A DNA stretch of 32,000 nucleotides, taken from NCBI RefSeq assembly GCF_000022265.1, contig NC_011979.1, positions 810,001-842,000 on the forward strand. The letters are read 5' to 3'. Numbering within the stretch: position 1 is the stretch's first letter; each line of letters opens with the position of its first letter. The position numbers and the translations under genes are program-made. The DNA comes from Geotalea daltonii FRC-32. Lineage in GTDB: Bacteria; Desulfobacterota; Desulfuromonadia; Geobacterales; Geobacteraceae. The notes under the pieces were generated by a model. That model was not told where the DNA came from and ran no database searches. It saw only the letters and a program-made list of their open reading frames with translations. Of the stretch, positions 9,442-19,056 are shown piece by piece.

Positions 9442-9538
9442 TCATTTCTCCCAGATCGATTGTACCGTCCCTGGTTTTGCTTGTAAAGGGATGGGCATTC
9501 AACATTAATATGCCCTTCTTTATATCAAAATCATCCTG

Positions 9539-10423
9539 TTATTTCTTGCGCGCTTTAGGGTGGGCTTTGTCATAAACTTCCATGAGCCGGTCTATACTAA
9601 CATGTGTATACTTTTGCGTGGTGGAAAGGGATGCATGGCCGAGAAGCTCCTGGATGGCCCGCAGGTCGGCGCCCCCTTCCAGCATGTGGGTGGCAAAGGT
9701 GTGACGCAGGGTGTGTGGTGAGATCTTTTTCATGGTAGCAATTTTGACTATATATCTATCGACGATCCTGGCAACGCTCCGGCTTGTAAGGCGCGTGCCA
9801 CGGGCATTCAAGATCAGTGGCGCTTCTTCAGGGGGGGTATTCCTTGCTGAGAGGTAGTCCGCCAATGCCTCAAGGGCTTTTCTGCCAATGGGGACTATTC
9901 GTTCCTTGTTCCCCTTGCCGCAAACCCTTATAAGTCGCTCATTCATCTCCACCTCACCCACATTAAGCGCAGTAAGCTCGGAGACCCTTATACCGCATGA
10001 ATAAAGTAATTCCAGGATGGCACGATCACGGAGTGAAAGGAGGTCTTCCTGCTGTGGTGCCTCAACAAGGGTGGTCACTTCATCGATGGTAAGGTGGTAA
10101 GGTATTTTCTTTTCTTTTTTCGGGGTGCTGACCAGTTCCGCCGGGTTTTTGGAGACAAGACCCTGACGCAGCAGATATTTGAAGAGTGCGCGAATGGCGG
10201 CAAGCTGGCGGCCGATTGAGCTTTTCTGGTGGTCCTTGTAAAGTCCGGCAATATAGCGCCTGATCAGCAGGTGACTGATACTGCCCACATCGGCCTGGAC
10301 TTTTTCACGATCGAGGAATGACAGAAAAAAGGTCAGATCACTGCGGTAGCCGGCGACGGTGTGGGGAGAGACATTTCTTTCAATGGCAAGGTATCGGCAA
10401 AATTGATCAATCAGCTTTTTCAT
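9539..10423 (-). CDS. xerC: Tyrosine site-specific recombinase of the XerC/XerD type (chromosome dimer resolution)
   Basis: 294 aa. The N-terminal SAM-like domain reads YLAIERNVSPHTVAGYRSDL. The catalytic region reads ...RVSEL...HTLRHTFATHMLEGGADLRAIQELLGHASLSTTQKYTHV (R..HxxR..H..Y). XerC versus XerD cannot be settled by eye. Confidence 0.8.
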   Translation of the reverse strand: MKKLIDQFCRYLAIERNVSPHTVAGYRSDLTFFLSFLDREKVQADVGSISHLLIRRYIAGLYKDHQKSSIGRQLAAIRALFKYLLRQGLVSKNPAELVSTPKKEKKIPYHLTIDEVTTLVEAPQQEDLLSLRDRAILELLYSCGIRVSELTALNVGEVEMNERLIRVCGKGNKERIVPIGRKALEALADYLSARNTPPEEAPLILNARGTRLTSRSVARIVDRYIVKIATMKKISPHTLRHTFATHMLEGGADLRAIQELLGHASLSTTQKYTHVSIDRLMEVYDKAHPKARKK

Positions 10424-10482
10424 GCTATGAAGTTAAACAATGATCGGTTTTTTTTCAACTTTTAACTGTGGCGGGTGAGACC

Positions 10483-11610
10483 ATGAAACTGGTCGGCATA
10501 GAAAGAGTCGACAGCTACGAGCGGGCTGTCGTTAAGGAGGGTATGGCCAGGCTCCTGAAGCCATTAGGTGGAATGGAGGCTTTCGTTCAACCGGGGGAGA
10601 AGGTCCTGCTGAAGCCGAATATGCTCTCGGCCAAAACTCCGGATGCTGCAGTGACCACACATCCTGAAGTACTGCGGGCGGCTATCGAGCTGGTGCAACA
10701 GGCGGGAGGCTTGCCATTGGTCGGAGACTCGCCTGGCGTCGGCAGCCAGAAGAGAGTGGCTGAAAAAACAGGCTTGCTGCAAGTGATTGAAGAGAGCGGC
10801 GCGGAGATTGCCGACTTTTCCGAGCCCGTGGAGGTTGCAGGAAAGGGCACCTTCAAACGGTTCGCTCTGGCTCGTCCGTACCTGGAAGCAGATAGGGTTA
10901 TCAATCTGCCGAAATTGAAGACCCACGAAATGATGACCATGACCTGTGCGGTAAAAAACCTCTTTGGGGCTGTAGTCGGGGCGGGCAAAGCCGGTTGGCA
11001 CCTGAAGGCCGGCGCGGATCGGGACCTGTTTGCCCGAATGCTGGTGGAACTTTATCTGTTGCGCAAGCCGGATCTGAATATAGTCGATGCTGTCGCTGCC
11101 ATGGAGGGTGATGGCCCGGGCAGTGGCGATCCGCGCCATGTGGGACTGCTTTTGGCTGGGGAAAATGCGGTGGCGGTGGATGTGGTAGCCGCTGAGATTG
11201 CCGGTATCCCCAAAAAACTGCTCTATATTCAAAGGGCCGCTGCCAGCCTCGGTGTTGATGGCGCCGACCGGTCGGAGATCGAAACTACCGGTTTACCACT
11301 TGAAGAGGCTTGTGTACCTGGTTTTCGACTGCCCCATATTTCCGATGTGCAGTTTGGCCTTCCCCAGTTCCTGAAGAACCGTCTGCGCCATTACCTTACC
11401 TCACGCCCCTGTTTGGTGGAAGAGAGATGCAGGCTTTGCGGCGTCTGCAAAGATGCCTGCCCACCCCATGCAATCGACATAAAAGAGGGGAGATTGAGCT
11501 TTGATTACCATGCCTGCATCCGCTGCTTCTGTTGCCGTGAACTCTGTCCTGAAGGAGCCCTGGATGTTGTAGAAGGAACCCTGGTAAAGATAATAAAGAA
11601 ATTCAAATAA
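10483..11610 (+). CDS. DUF362 domain protein with C-terminal 2x[4Fe-4S] ferredoxin-like domain
   Basis: The DUF362-type body contains VLLKPNM...HPEV...GDSPG...NLPKLKTHEMM. The C-terminal Cys clusters are CRLCGVCKDACP and CIRCFCCRELCP. The ORF track starts at a GTG at 10468; the in-frame ATG at 10483 (MKLVGIE) is my preferred start. Confidence 0.8.
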   Translation: MKLVGIERVDSYERAVVKEGMARLLKPLGGMEAFVQPGEKVLLKPNMLSAKTPDAAVTTHPEVLRAAIELVQQAGGLPLVGDSPGVGSQKRVAEKTGLLQVIEESGAEIADFSEPVEVAGKGTFKRFALARPYLEADRVINLPKLKTHEMMTMTCAVKNLFGAVVGAGKAGWHLKAGADRDLFARMLVELYLLRKPDLNIVDAVAAMEGDGPGSGDPRHVGLLLAGENAVAVDVVAAEIAGIPKKLLYIQRAAASLGVDGADRSEIETTGLPLEEACVPGFRLPHISDVQFGLPQFLKNRLRHYLTSRPCLVEERCRLCGVCKDACPPHAIDIKEGRLSFDYHACIRCFCCRELCPEGALDVVEGTLVKIIKKFK

Positions 11611-11632
11611 ATATATTTAATGCCCGTCGTGG

Positions 11633-11661
11633 TTGACATCGTTAGGGCTCAGGATTATTAT
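11633..11661 (+). promoter_or_regulatory. Near-consensus sigma70 promoter with no annotated gene behind it
   Basis: TTGACA (11633-11638), an exact 17-nt spacer, then TATTAT (11656-11661). Confidence 0.55.
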
Positions 11662-11667
11662 TAAGAC

Positions 11668-11851
11668 ATCATCAAGAAAAGATGAGGGAAAGAAAATTAC
11701 AGCGAAAGGAGACCAACTGATCTATGTGGACAACAATCTATATGCTTCGCCCGGTAACCCGCTGCAAAGAAGGTTGCCCTAGTTAGCCCGCCAGCTTCGG
11801 TGGCGGGCGTTCCCACAAGGCCCCCTATATTACGAAAGGGGGCTTTTTTAT
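11668..11851 (+). ncRNA. Candidate small transcript of about 185 nt (structured sRNA and/or mRNA for a 20-aa peptide). The class is not recognised.
   Basis: It is bounded by the promoter above and the intrinsic terminator at 11820-11851. Internal helices are:
- GGTAACC/GGTTGCC (11753-11759 with 11772-11778)
- GCCCGCCA-gcttcgg-TGGCGGGC (11786-11808)
- a possible closing helix TGTGG/CCACA (11725-11729 with 11812-11816)

It also contains the sORF 11724-11786 (MWTTIYMLRPVTRCKEGCPS), with AAGGAGA 12 nt upstream. Confidence 0.35.
11820..11851 (+). terminator. Rho-independent terminator
   Basis: GCCCCCT-(10 nt loop)-AGGGGGC followed by TTTTTTATT. The opposite strand has no T-tract, so the orientation is plus. 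Confidence 0.8.
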
Positions 11852-12030
11852 TCATGCCGTTAGCATCTGCCATTTGCCTTGCATTGACACCCGGTTCCCG
11901 CCTGCATATGTAATAAACCCCTTTCACATTGACAAAACAGCGTTTTTCATCTAGTCTTTCACCTTTCAAACTTCTGCCATAAACGGCTTCCATTGCTTTT
12001 ATCCGTCAATTTTTTGTGGAAGGATGTTCA

Positions 12031-13554
12031 ATGAAAAAGCTACTGGTTGTGGCAATGATACTGCTTTCTGCAGAGGTATCTCTTGCTGCGGAGCAACCAC
12101 ATTTACTGCAGGAAATGATAGCCCACGATCAGGCTGTATCCATACCCGAATTGGCCAGACTCGGCGCAATGGATGCAGTTCAGCCACTGGATCGTGTCGC
12201 GGCCTTGTCAGGTGAAACGCGCATCATAGAGGGCGTGGAACTGTCCCCTTCAGAAATATTCTCCCTCGAAGCCGCCCTTACCAAACAGGTGGAAGAGGGA
12301 TTCGAACTCAAACTGCCGGATGAGGACCTACCCGAATCGGACCTTCCCCTGACCTTCAACAACAAGGTGGAATACTTTGTTCGCTATTTTCAAACCGGCG
12401 GCAGAAAATCCTTTTCAAAATGGCTTTCCCGGTCCGAGCGCTTCATCCCAATGATGCGCAAGGTGCTGAAAGAAAAAGGGCTTCCTGAAGACCTAGTTTA
12501 TCTTGCCATGATCGAGAGTGGTTTTTACCCCCATGCCTATTCCGTTGCTGCAGCTGTAGGGCCATGGCAATTCATGTCCGGCACAGGCAAACGGTATTCC
12601 CTTCGCATCAATTCTTGGATCGATGAGCGGCGTGACCCTTTGAAATCCACTGTCGCTGCTGCACTTTATCTCAAGGAACTGTATGCCCTGTTCAATAATG
12701 ACTGGTATCTGGCAGCTGCGGGATACAATGCCGGCGAAAACAAGATCATACGCGCTATCAGCAGGTATAACAGCCGGGATTTCTGGGAATTGTCAAAAGG
12801 CTCATATCTCAAGCGCGAGACCAAGGATTACGTGCCGAAACTTTTGGCTGCAGCAATTATAGCCAAGGAGCCTGCCAAATATGGGTTTGCCGATGTGGCT
12901 TATCTCCCCCCCATAGAATTCGATACGGTGACCGTAGCCTCAAGAACCGATCTGGAGTTGGTTGCCAAAATCTGTGATGTACCATATGAGACCATCAAGG
13001 GTCTTAATCCCGAGCTCAGACGCTGGACTACTCCCCCTGATTATCCAGACTACCAACTGAAAATACCCAAGGGGAAAAAATCTGTTTTCGAGGCCGGGTA
13101 CGCAGCGATACCGGCAGACAAAAGATTTACGGAGAAAATCGAGTATACTCGCTACCGGGCAAAAAAAAGAGATACTCTGGCCTCGATCGCCAAACGCTTT
13201 GGTACGACCACATCTACTCTGGAGGAGCTTAACCACCTGGGGAAGCATAGACGTCTGCAGGGCCGGACTCTGACCATTCCAATAATGATGTCGTCTGCTG
13301 CAGAGTCTACTGCAAAAGCATCATTGAAACCGGCTGTCACTGCAAAAACTGAAAAAACCTTCAACAAGTACTACACAGTCAAGAAGGGGGATACCCTTGC
13401 CTCTCTCGCCAGACGCTTCAACGTCTCTGCCAGTATTCTCTCCGCATGGAATAACATCAGGACAAAGGTTGCACTTCGTCCCGGCAAGAGGATAATTGTT
13501 GCCAAGTACATGGAAAAGAAGGGTGGGATGGAGAGTGCCGAGGATAATGGCTAA
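12031..13554 (+). CDS. mltD: Membrane-bound lytic murein transglycosylase D-like protein (SLT domain plus two LysM domains)
   Basis: It has a signal peptide (MKKLLVVAMILLSAEVSLA), the SLT catalytic motif (MIESGFYPHAYSVAAAVGPWQFM...AGYNAGE) and two C-terminal LysM repeats (YRAKKRDTLASIAKRF... and YTVKKGDTLASLARRF...). The track start (GTG 12016) is replaced by the ATG at 12031, which is preceded by GGAAGGA. Confidence 0.85.
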   Translation: MKKLLVVAMILLSAEVSLAAEQPHLLQEMIAHDQAVSIPELARLGAMDAVQPLDRVAALSGETRIIEGVELSPSEIFSLEAALTKQVEEGFELKLPDEDLPESDLPLTFNNKVEYFVRYFQTGGRKSFSKWLSRSERFIPMMRKVLKEKGLPEDLVYLAMIESGFYPHAYSVAAAVGPWQFMSGTGKRYSLRINSWIDERRDPLKSTVAAALYLKELYALFNNDWYLAAAGYNAGENKIIRAISRYNSRDFWELSKGSYLKRETKDYVPKLLAAAIIAKEPAKYGFADVAYLPPIEFDTVTVASRTDLELVAKICDVPYETIKGLNPELRRWTTPPDYPDYQLKIPKGKKSVFEAGYAAIPADKRFTEKIEYTRYRAKKRDTLASIAKRFGTTTSTLEELNHLGKHRRLQGRTLTIPIMMSSAAESTAKASLKPAVTAKTEKTFNKYYTVKKGDTLASLARRFNVSASILSAWNNIRTKVALRPGKRIIVAKYMEKKGGMESAEDNG

Positions 13555-13602
13555 TTATTCACCGCTGATTACACGACCTAATTTACTGAAAGGATATAAA
13601 AG

Positions 13603-14328
13603 ATGTATAACCTGCTGATCTCTGCCGGCACCGCCATCATCGTTTTCATACTGCTGAAGTTTGCTTTTCACCTGCCCTGGTGGGGTTCTATTCTTATCGC
13701 GTTGCCTTTTTTTCTCGGCTCGTTCCTGCTTATCTCCCGCATTGTTACCAAGAAATTGGAAGCTATCATGTCCGGTGCAATGAAGGACATCCAGGCACAA
13801 CGTTTCGAGAAGGGGCTGAGGGAACTGAAGGCTGCCTTCAAGTACGGCAAGTGGCAGATTTATGTCACCGGCCAGATCAATTCCACCATCGGCATGGTTT
13901 ACTATGTGAAACGGGATTTTTCCAACGCCTTCCCTTACCTGGAAAAAGGGTTCTTCAAGAACTGGGTTACCATGGGCATGCTCGCCGTTACCTACATGAA
14001 GCGCAATAAAAGGGACAAGATGAAGGATACCTTCGAAAAGGCGGTGGTTGCAAGCCCGAAGGAATCTCTGCTCTGGAGCCTTTATGCCTATTGTCTGAGT
14101 GATGGCGGCGATAATGGCAAGGCAAAGGAAGTGCTTGAGCGCGGACTGAAGAAACTGCCTGGCGATGAGAAAATAAAGCAGAATTTACAGCTGCTTAACG
14201 ATGGCAAGAAAATGAAGATGAAGGCCTATGGCGATATGTGGCTTCAGTTCCATCTTGAAAGCATCGGCACAATCCAGAAACAACAGATGGCGGCTATGGG
14301 TGTTAAAAGGCGGATTATCAGAAAATAA
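13603..14328 (+). CDS. Membrane-anchored TPR-like repeat protein (function unknown)
   Basis: 241 aa with two N-terminal hydrophobic helices. The remainder is helical-repeat sequence (AFKYGKWQIY...AFPYLEKGF...MKDTFEKAVVASP...AKEVLERGLKKLPGDEK). Confidence 0.6.
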   Translation: MYNLLISAGTAIIVFILLKFAFHLPWWGSILIALPFFLGSFLLISRIVTKKLEAIMSGAMKDIQAQRFEKGLRELKAAFKYGKWQIYVTGQINSTIGMVYYVKRDFSNAFPYLEKGFFKNWVTMGMLAVTYMKRNKRDKMKDTFEKAVVASPKESLLWSLYAYCLSDGGDNGKAKEVLERGLKKLPGDEKIKQNLQLLNDGKKMKMKAYGDMWLQFHLESIGTIQKQQMAAMGVKRRIIRK

Positions 14329-14371
14329 ACTTGTAATTATCTGTAAAACCTGCCATATTGACCGTTTGAAA

Positions 14372-14400
14372 GGCGGGCTACAAAGCCCGTCTTTTCTTTT
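14372..14400 (+). terminator. Rho-independent terminator
   Basis: GGCGGGCT-acaa-AGCCCGTC followed by TTTTCTTTT. Confidence 0.8.
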
Positions 14401-14459
14401 GTTATGGCTCATATAAACTGTGGCAAACGCTGCAAAAGGAAAAGAGGAGTATTGTAACC

Positions 14460-16265
14460 ATGCAGGAACTGATCAGAAACATCGCCATTATTGCCCACGT
14501 CGATCATGGCAAGACTACCCTGGTTGACGCCATGCTCAAGCATGCCGGCGTTTTCCGCGAAAATGAACAGATAACGGAAAGGGTAATGGATTCCAACGAC
14601 CTGGAGAAGGAGCGGGGAATAACTATTCTTTCCAAGAACCTTTCCGTGCACCATGGACGCTTCAAGATAAACATCGTCGACACCCCCGGCCATGCCGACT
14701 TCGGTGGCGAGGTGGAACGGGTCCTGAAAATGGTGGATTCGGTGCTGCTCCTGGTTGATGCCCTGGACGGCCCCATGCCCCAGACAAGGTTTGTCCTGAA
14801 GAAATCCCTGGATCTCGGTCTCAAGCCGATCGTGGTCATCAACAAAGTGGACCGGCCCGGAGCCCGCCCCGCAGAAGTGGTGGACATGGTGTTCGACCTC
14901 TTCTGCGAGCTGAATGCAAGCGATGAGCAGCTGGATTTCGCCATTGTCTATACCAGTGCAAAGCTGGGCTATGCCATGCTGGATATGAATGCCGCTTCCT
15001 CCAGCATGGAACCTCTCTTTGCCGTTATCGAGTCCAACGTCCGCCCCCCCACAGGGGACCAGAATGCTCCCTTTCAGATGCTGGTTACCAATATCGATTA
15101 CAATGACTATATCGGCAGGATTGCCACCGGCAAGATCTTCAACGGCAAGGTTACTGCCGGTGAAAACATCGCCCTGGTAAGACGGGACGGCAGTGTCGTC
15201 AAGGGAAGGATTTCAAAACTTCTGGGTTACGAGGGGCTGAAACAGGTGGATATCCCGTCAGCATGTACTGGTGATATCGTTACTGTTGCCGGTTTCAGCG
15301 AGGTGGGTATCGGCGAGACCCTGGCGGCAGCGGATAATCCTATCGGCCTTCCCTATGTCTCCATAGATGAACCGACCATTGCCATGAACTTTATTGTTAA
15401 CAACTCCCCCTTTGCCGGTCGGGAAGGAAAGATGGTCACTTCTCGCAATATTCGCGAGCGTCTGGATCGGGAACTGCGTACAAACGTGTCCCTCCGGGTT
15501 GAGGATACCGCCAATCCGGATACCTTCAAGGTCTCGGGGCGTGGCGAGCTGCACCTTTCCATTCTCATAGAAAACATGCGGCGCGAGGGTTTCGAAATGG
15601 CTGTATCGAAGCCAGAAGTGATCTTCCGTGAGGAGGAAGGCAAAAAACTGGAGCCGATGGAGTATCTGGTTGTCGATGTTCCTTCCGAATACCAGGGTTC
15701 CATTATTGAGAAGATGGGACCGAGGAAGGGGGAGATGGTTGCCATGAATCCCATGGGCGATACCATCCGTCTTGAATTCATCATCCCGGCCCGAGGTCTT
15801 ATCGGACTGCGCGGCGAGGTTATGACCGAAACCAGGGGCACGGCTGTGGTCACCCATACTTTCCACGATTACGCTCCCTACAAGGGGGACATTCCGGGAC
15901 GCAAAAACGGGGTGTTGATAGCCATGGAACTCGGAGAAACAACAGCCTACTCGCTGGATGCCTTGCAGCCGAGAGGAGTCCTTTTCATCGGAGCCGGTGT
16001 CGAGGTTTACGGCGGCATGATCATTGGCCAGCACGCCAAGGACAACGACCTGGATGTCAATCCATGCAAGGGTAAAAAATTGACCAACGTCCGGGCCTCC
16101 GGCTCTGACGATGCCATTAAACTTACGCCGCCACGTCTGCTTACTCTGGAGCAGGCCCTGGAATTCATCGATGATGATGAGCTGGTCGAGGTAACGCCCC
16201 AGTCGATAAGGCTGCGCAAAAAAGAGCTGGATCCGAACCGGCGCAAACGTTCATCAAAGGCATGA
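14460..16265 (+). CDS. typA: Translational GTPase TypA/BipA
   Basis: 601 aa. The start is [19 protein letters not shown] (G1), followed by [14 protein letters not shown] (G3) and NKVDR (G4). Elongation-factor-like domains and a BipA-type C-terminus follow. Confidence 0.95.
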
Positions 16266-16273
16266 CAGAAAAA

Positions 16274-16300
16274 GGCGAGGGATTATCCTTCGCCTTTTTT
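16274..16300 (+). terminator. Rho-independent terminator after typA
   Basis: GGCGAGGGA-tta-TCCTTCGCC followed by TTTTTT. Confidence 0.85.
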
Positions 16301-16323
16301 ACAGCCGTGCCGGTAGTTTGAAT

Positions 16324-16352
16324 TTGACAACATGAGGATTTTACACTAATTT
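16324..16352 (+). promoter_or_regulatory. Putative sigma70 promoter for bamD
   Basis: TTGACA (16324-16329), a 17-nt spacer, then TAATTT (16347-16352). Confidence 0.45.
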
Positions 16353-16379
16353 CTTCAAAAAAATTCTGCAGGTGGACTT

Positions 16380-17114
16380 ATGAATATGAAAAAATTCCTT
16401 GTCGGTCTGGTTCTTTTTATTACAGGTTGCGCCGGTACTTCCGAGACGGTAAAAACGGCTGATACCTATTTCAAGGAAGGAGAGGATTTCTATGCCTCTC
16501 GCCGCTATGAGGATGCCATTGCCGAGTGGAAAAAGGTGAAGGAAAGCTTCTCTTCGCCGGAGCTGACCACTATGGCCGAACTTAAAATAGCCGACGCTTA
16601 TTTTGAGAATCGCAGCTACATTGAGGCTGCCGCAGCCTATGATGATTTTCGCAAGCTTCACCCCAATCATGATCAGGCCGCTTATGCATACTACCGCTTG
16701 GCGCTGTGCTACTACAACCAGATAACCGGTATCGATACCGACCAGACCCCCGTGAAGAATGCAGTAAAATTCCTCGATTCCTTCATCAAACTTTACCCCA
16801 AGGCGGAATATGTCCCTGAAGCAAAAGCGAAGCTCGATGAATGCATTGGCAAGCAGGTTGAATACGAGGTCTACGTCGGTCACTTTTACCTTCGATCAGG
16901 CAAATACCAGGCAGCGATCAAGCGGCTTGAAGAAACACTTGCCAAGTATCCGAAGGTGGAGAATTCCGACCAAGTCCTGTTTTACATCGGCAAAGCCTAT
17001 TTCCTGTCCGGTGACAAGGCTAAGGGGAAGGAGGCTTTCAACAGACTTGCCAAACAGTATGTATCCAGTAGGTACCTGGAGGAGGCTAGGCAGGTAATGG
17101 AAAAGTACTATTGA
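16380..17114 (+). CDS. bamD: Outer membrane protein assembly factor BamD (YfiO), a TPR lipoprotein
   Basis: The lipobox is LFITGC. TPR-like repeats include YFKEGEDFYASRRYEDAIAEWKKV and ELKIADAYFENRSYIEAAAAYDDFRKLHPNH. This is typical BamD sequence and length (244 aa). Confidence 0.8.
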   Translation: MNMKKFLVGLVLFITGCAGTSETVKTADTYFKEGEDFYASRRYEDAIAEWKKVKESFSSPELTTMAELKIADAYFENRSYIEAAAAYDDFRKLHPNHDQAAYAYYRLALCYYNQITGIDTDQTPVKNAVKFLDSFIKLYPKAEYVPEAKAKLDECIGKQVEYEVYVGHFYLRSGKYQAAIKRLEETLAKYPKVENSDQVLFYIGKAYFLSGDKAKGKEAFNRLAKQYVSSRYLEEARQVMEKYY

Positions 17115-17512
17115 GACCACTTTTCATATTTTGGGCCGTGCTGCTGTTTTTCGGCTGCACAGGTGGAGACGATGACCGCCAGGCGATACAGACGGTCATG
17201 AATCAACGCCAGCAGGCATTTCGCAATAAAGATATCAATGTTTATCTTTCCCTGATTTCTCCCCACTATCAGGATCAAGGGCAGGACCTTGCCACCAAGA
17301 AAAGGGAGCTTGCCTCAAACTTCGCCTCATTCGAGCAGGTCGATTACCGTTCTGACGGCTACACGATTGAAGTGAACGGCAAACTCGCAACTGTATCCGG
17401 CACTTATTGCTTGAAAATCGGCAGAAAGGGACAAGTGTTGGAGCTGGTAGGTAAAGAGTCTCTACACCTTCGTAAGGAAGGGAAAGGCTGGCTGATCGTC
17501 GGCGGGCTGTAA
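17111..17512 (+). CDS. Small lipoprotein, NTF2/SnoaL-like (DUF4440-like) fold suspected
   Basis: 133 aa. The TTG start overlaps the bamD stop by 4 nt. It has a signal peptide with lipobox LFFGC. The segment IQTVMNQRQQAFRNKDINVYLSLISPHY...GWLIVG resembles NTF2-like small proteins. Confidence 0.5.
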   Translation: MRPLFIFWAVLLFFGCTGGDDDRQAIQTVMNQRQQAFRNKDINVYLSLISPHYQDQGQDLATKKRELASNFASFEQVDYRSDGYTIEVNGKLATVSGTYCLKIGRKGQVLELVGKESLHLRKEGKGWLIVGGL

Positions 17513-17540
17513 CAATATTAACCATGATTGGGAGGTAGTC

Positions 17541-18077
17541 GTGGCAGAAGACAAAAAGGAGCCGTGGCTTAATTACCTGGCCTTGACCACCATTATACTG
17601 GCGGTCTGCGCCACACTTTCCACCTTTAAAGGCGGAGCGTTTTCCACCCGCTCGGTGATGAGCCAGACCCAGGCATCAGATCAATGGGCCTTTTACCAGT
17701 CGAAGAGCATCAAGGGATACCTGTATGAGATGCAGAAGGAAAAGCTGGAACTGGAACTTAAGGCTGACAGTGGCAGGATGCCCCTGACCCTTGCCGCTGA
17801 CTATGGGCAGAAGATAGAGACTTACACGAAAAAAATTGCCAAATACGAGGAAGAAAAAACTGCTATCCAGAAAGATGCAAAGCGGTTTGAAAAAATCCGT
17901 GATGACGCACAGAAACATTCCCAGGCATTCGGGCTCGCCGTGATATTCCTGCAGATTGCCATCCTGCTTTCTTCCGTCGCCGCTTTGATGAAAAAGAAGT
18001 ATGTCTGGTTGATAGGATCAGCTGTGGGAGTTGTCGGCATCGCCTACTTCATCAACGGTTTTTTTCTCTACATCTGA
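17541..18077 (+). CDS. DUF4337-like membrane protein
   Basis: 178 aa. It has a GTG start with GGGAGG as SD. The N-terminal and C-terminal TM helices flank a charged coiled segment, and WLNYLALTTIILAVCATLSTFKGG...DQWAFYQSKSIK matches my recollection of DUF4337. Confidence 0.55.
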   Translation: MAEDKKEPWLNYLALTTIILAVCATLSTFKGGAFSTRSVMSQTQASDQWAFYQSKSIKGYLYEMQKEKLELELKADSGRMPLTLAADYGQKIETYTKKIAKYEEEKTAIQKDAKRFEKIRDDAQKHSQAFGLAVIFLQIAILLSSVAALMKKKYVWLIGSAVGVVGIAYFINGFFLYI

Positions 18078-18127
18078 TCGCCACTGTTTGAAACAGGCTT
18101 CGGTAGCGGCGGGTGCCTGCTTTCTGT

Positions 18128-19024
18128 TCACGCTTTTTTCCCCTTGGCGTTCCCTACCCCCATGACGGCCTGCATAGTCTCCCCCATTTGAGTCGGACTG
18201 GTGGAAACAGTGACGCCGCATTCCCGTAAAACCTGAATCTTGTCTTCCGCTCTCCCCTTGCCACCGGTGATGATGGCCCCTGCATGCCCCATCCGTTTTC
18301 CAGGTGGGGCGGTTATGCCGGCAATGAATGCCGCCACCGGTTTCTTCATGTTTTCTTTGATCCATTCAGCTGCTTCTTCTTCGGCGCCTCCGCCGATTTC
18401 GCCGATCATGAAAACACCATCGGTAGCCGGATCTTCATTGAACAGTTGAAGGACATCTATGAATTTCATGCCGATGATCGGGTCTCCGCCGATTCCGACA
18501 CAGGTGGACTGGCCGAGCCCCACGTCGGTCAGTTGCTTTACCGCCTCATAGGTCAGGGTGCCGCTTCTGGAAACAACGCCGATTTTTCCTTTTTTGTGGA
18601 TGTGCCCGGGCATGATACCGACCTTGCATTCATCTGGAGTAATAACCCCTGGACAATTGGGGCCGACCAGCCGCATTTTTTTGCTTTCCAGCACCCGCCG
18701 GGCCAAGACCATGTCCCGTACCGGTATTCCTTCGGTGATGCAGACGGCAAGATCCATCCCCGCATCGGCCGCTTCCAGAATTGCATCTGCCGCTGCCGGA
18801 GGCGGGACGAAAATCATCGAGACGTTGGCCTGGGTGTAATGCACCGCCTCTTCAACGGTATTGAAAACCGGGATCCCTTCGATGTGAATTCCTCCCTTAC
18901 CGGGAGTGACTCCAGCGACGATCCTGCTGCCGTAATCACGGCACTGCTGGGTATGAAACAGCCCGCTGCGTCCCGTTATCCCCTGGACCAGTATTTTTGA
19001 GTCTTTATTCAAAAGGATTGACAT
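18128..19024 (-). CDS. sucD: Succinyl-CoA synthetase (ADP-forming) alpha subunit
   Basis: 298 aa. It contains [11 protein letters not shown], the phosphohistidine loop [12 protein letters not shown] and SRSGTLTYE. Confidence 0.95.
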
Positions 19025-19056
19025 TGTTTATCTCCACCATTAGCGCAGCATGTATG

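Noticed and set aside
9487-9525. The hairpin GGGCAT-(11 nt)-ATGCCC followed by TTCTTTAT, between the membrane-protein gene and xerC.
   Set aside because: The T-tract is on the plus strand, but both flanking genes are on the minus strand. As a terminator it would be in the wrong orientation, so it may be fortuitous.
11700-11850. A GEMM-I (c-di-GMP/cGAMP) riboswitch, which is common in Geobacter. I also considered glycine, SAH, ykkC, glnA, 6S, SRP and tmRNA identities.
   Set aside because: I checked both strands by eye. The diagnostic blocks are absent or in the wrong order. Examples are GGCAAACC...GAAAG...ACGCAAAGCC for GEMM-I, GGUCCGGAAGGAAGCAGCC for SRP RNA, and 5'/3' closing-stem complementarity for 6S RNA. 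The class is left open.
11697-11993. A 98-aa minus-strand ORF in the DUF362-mltD intergenic region.
   Set aside because: It runs antisense through a plus-strand terminator, GC hairpins and promoter-like boxes. It has no SD, and its translation has an odd composition with no recognisable motifs. The plus-strand small transcript explains the sequence better.
18084-18125. A possible bidirectional terminator between the DUF4337 gene and sucD: AAACAGGC...GCCTGCTTT.
   Set aside because: The stem is imperfect, with a bulge and a 16-nt loop, and the T-tracts are weak on both strands. It is too weak to list as a feature.
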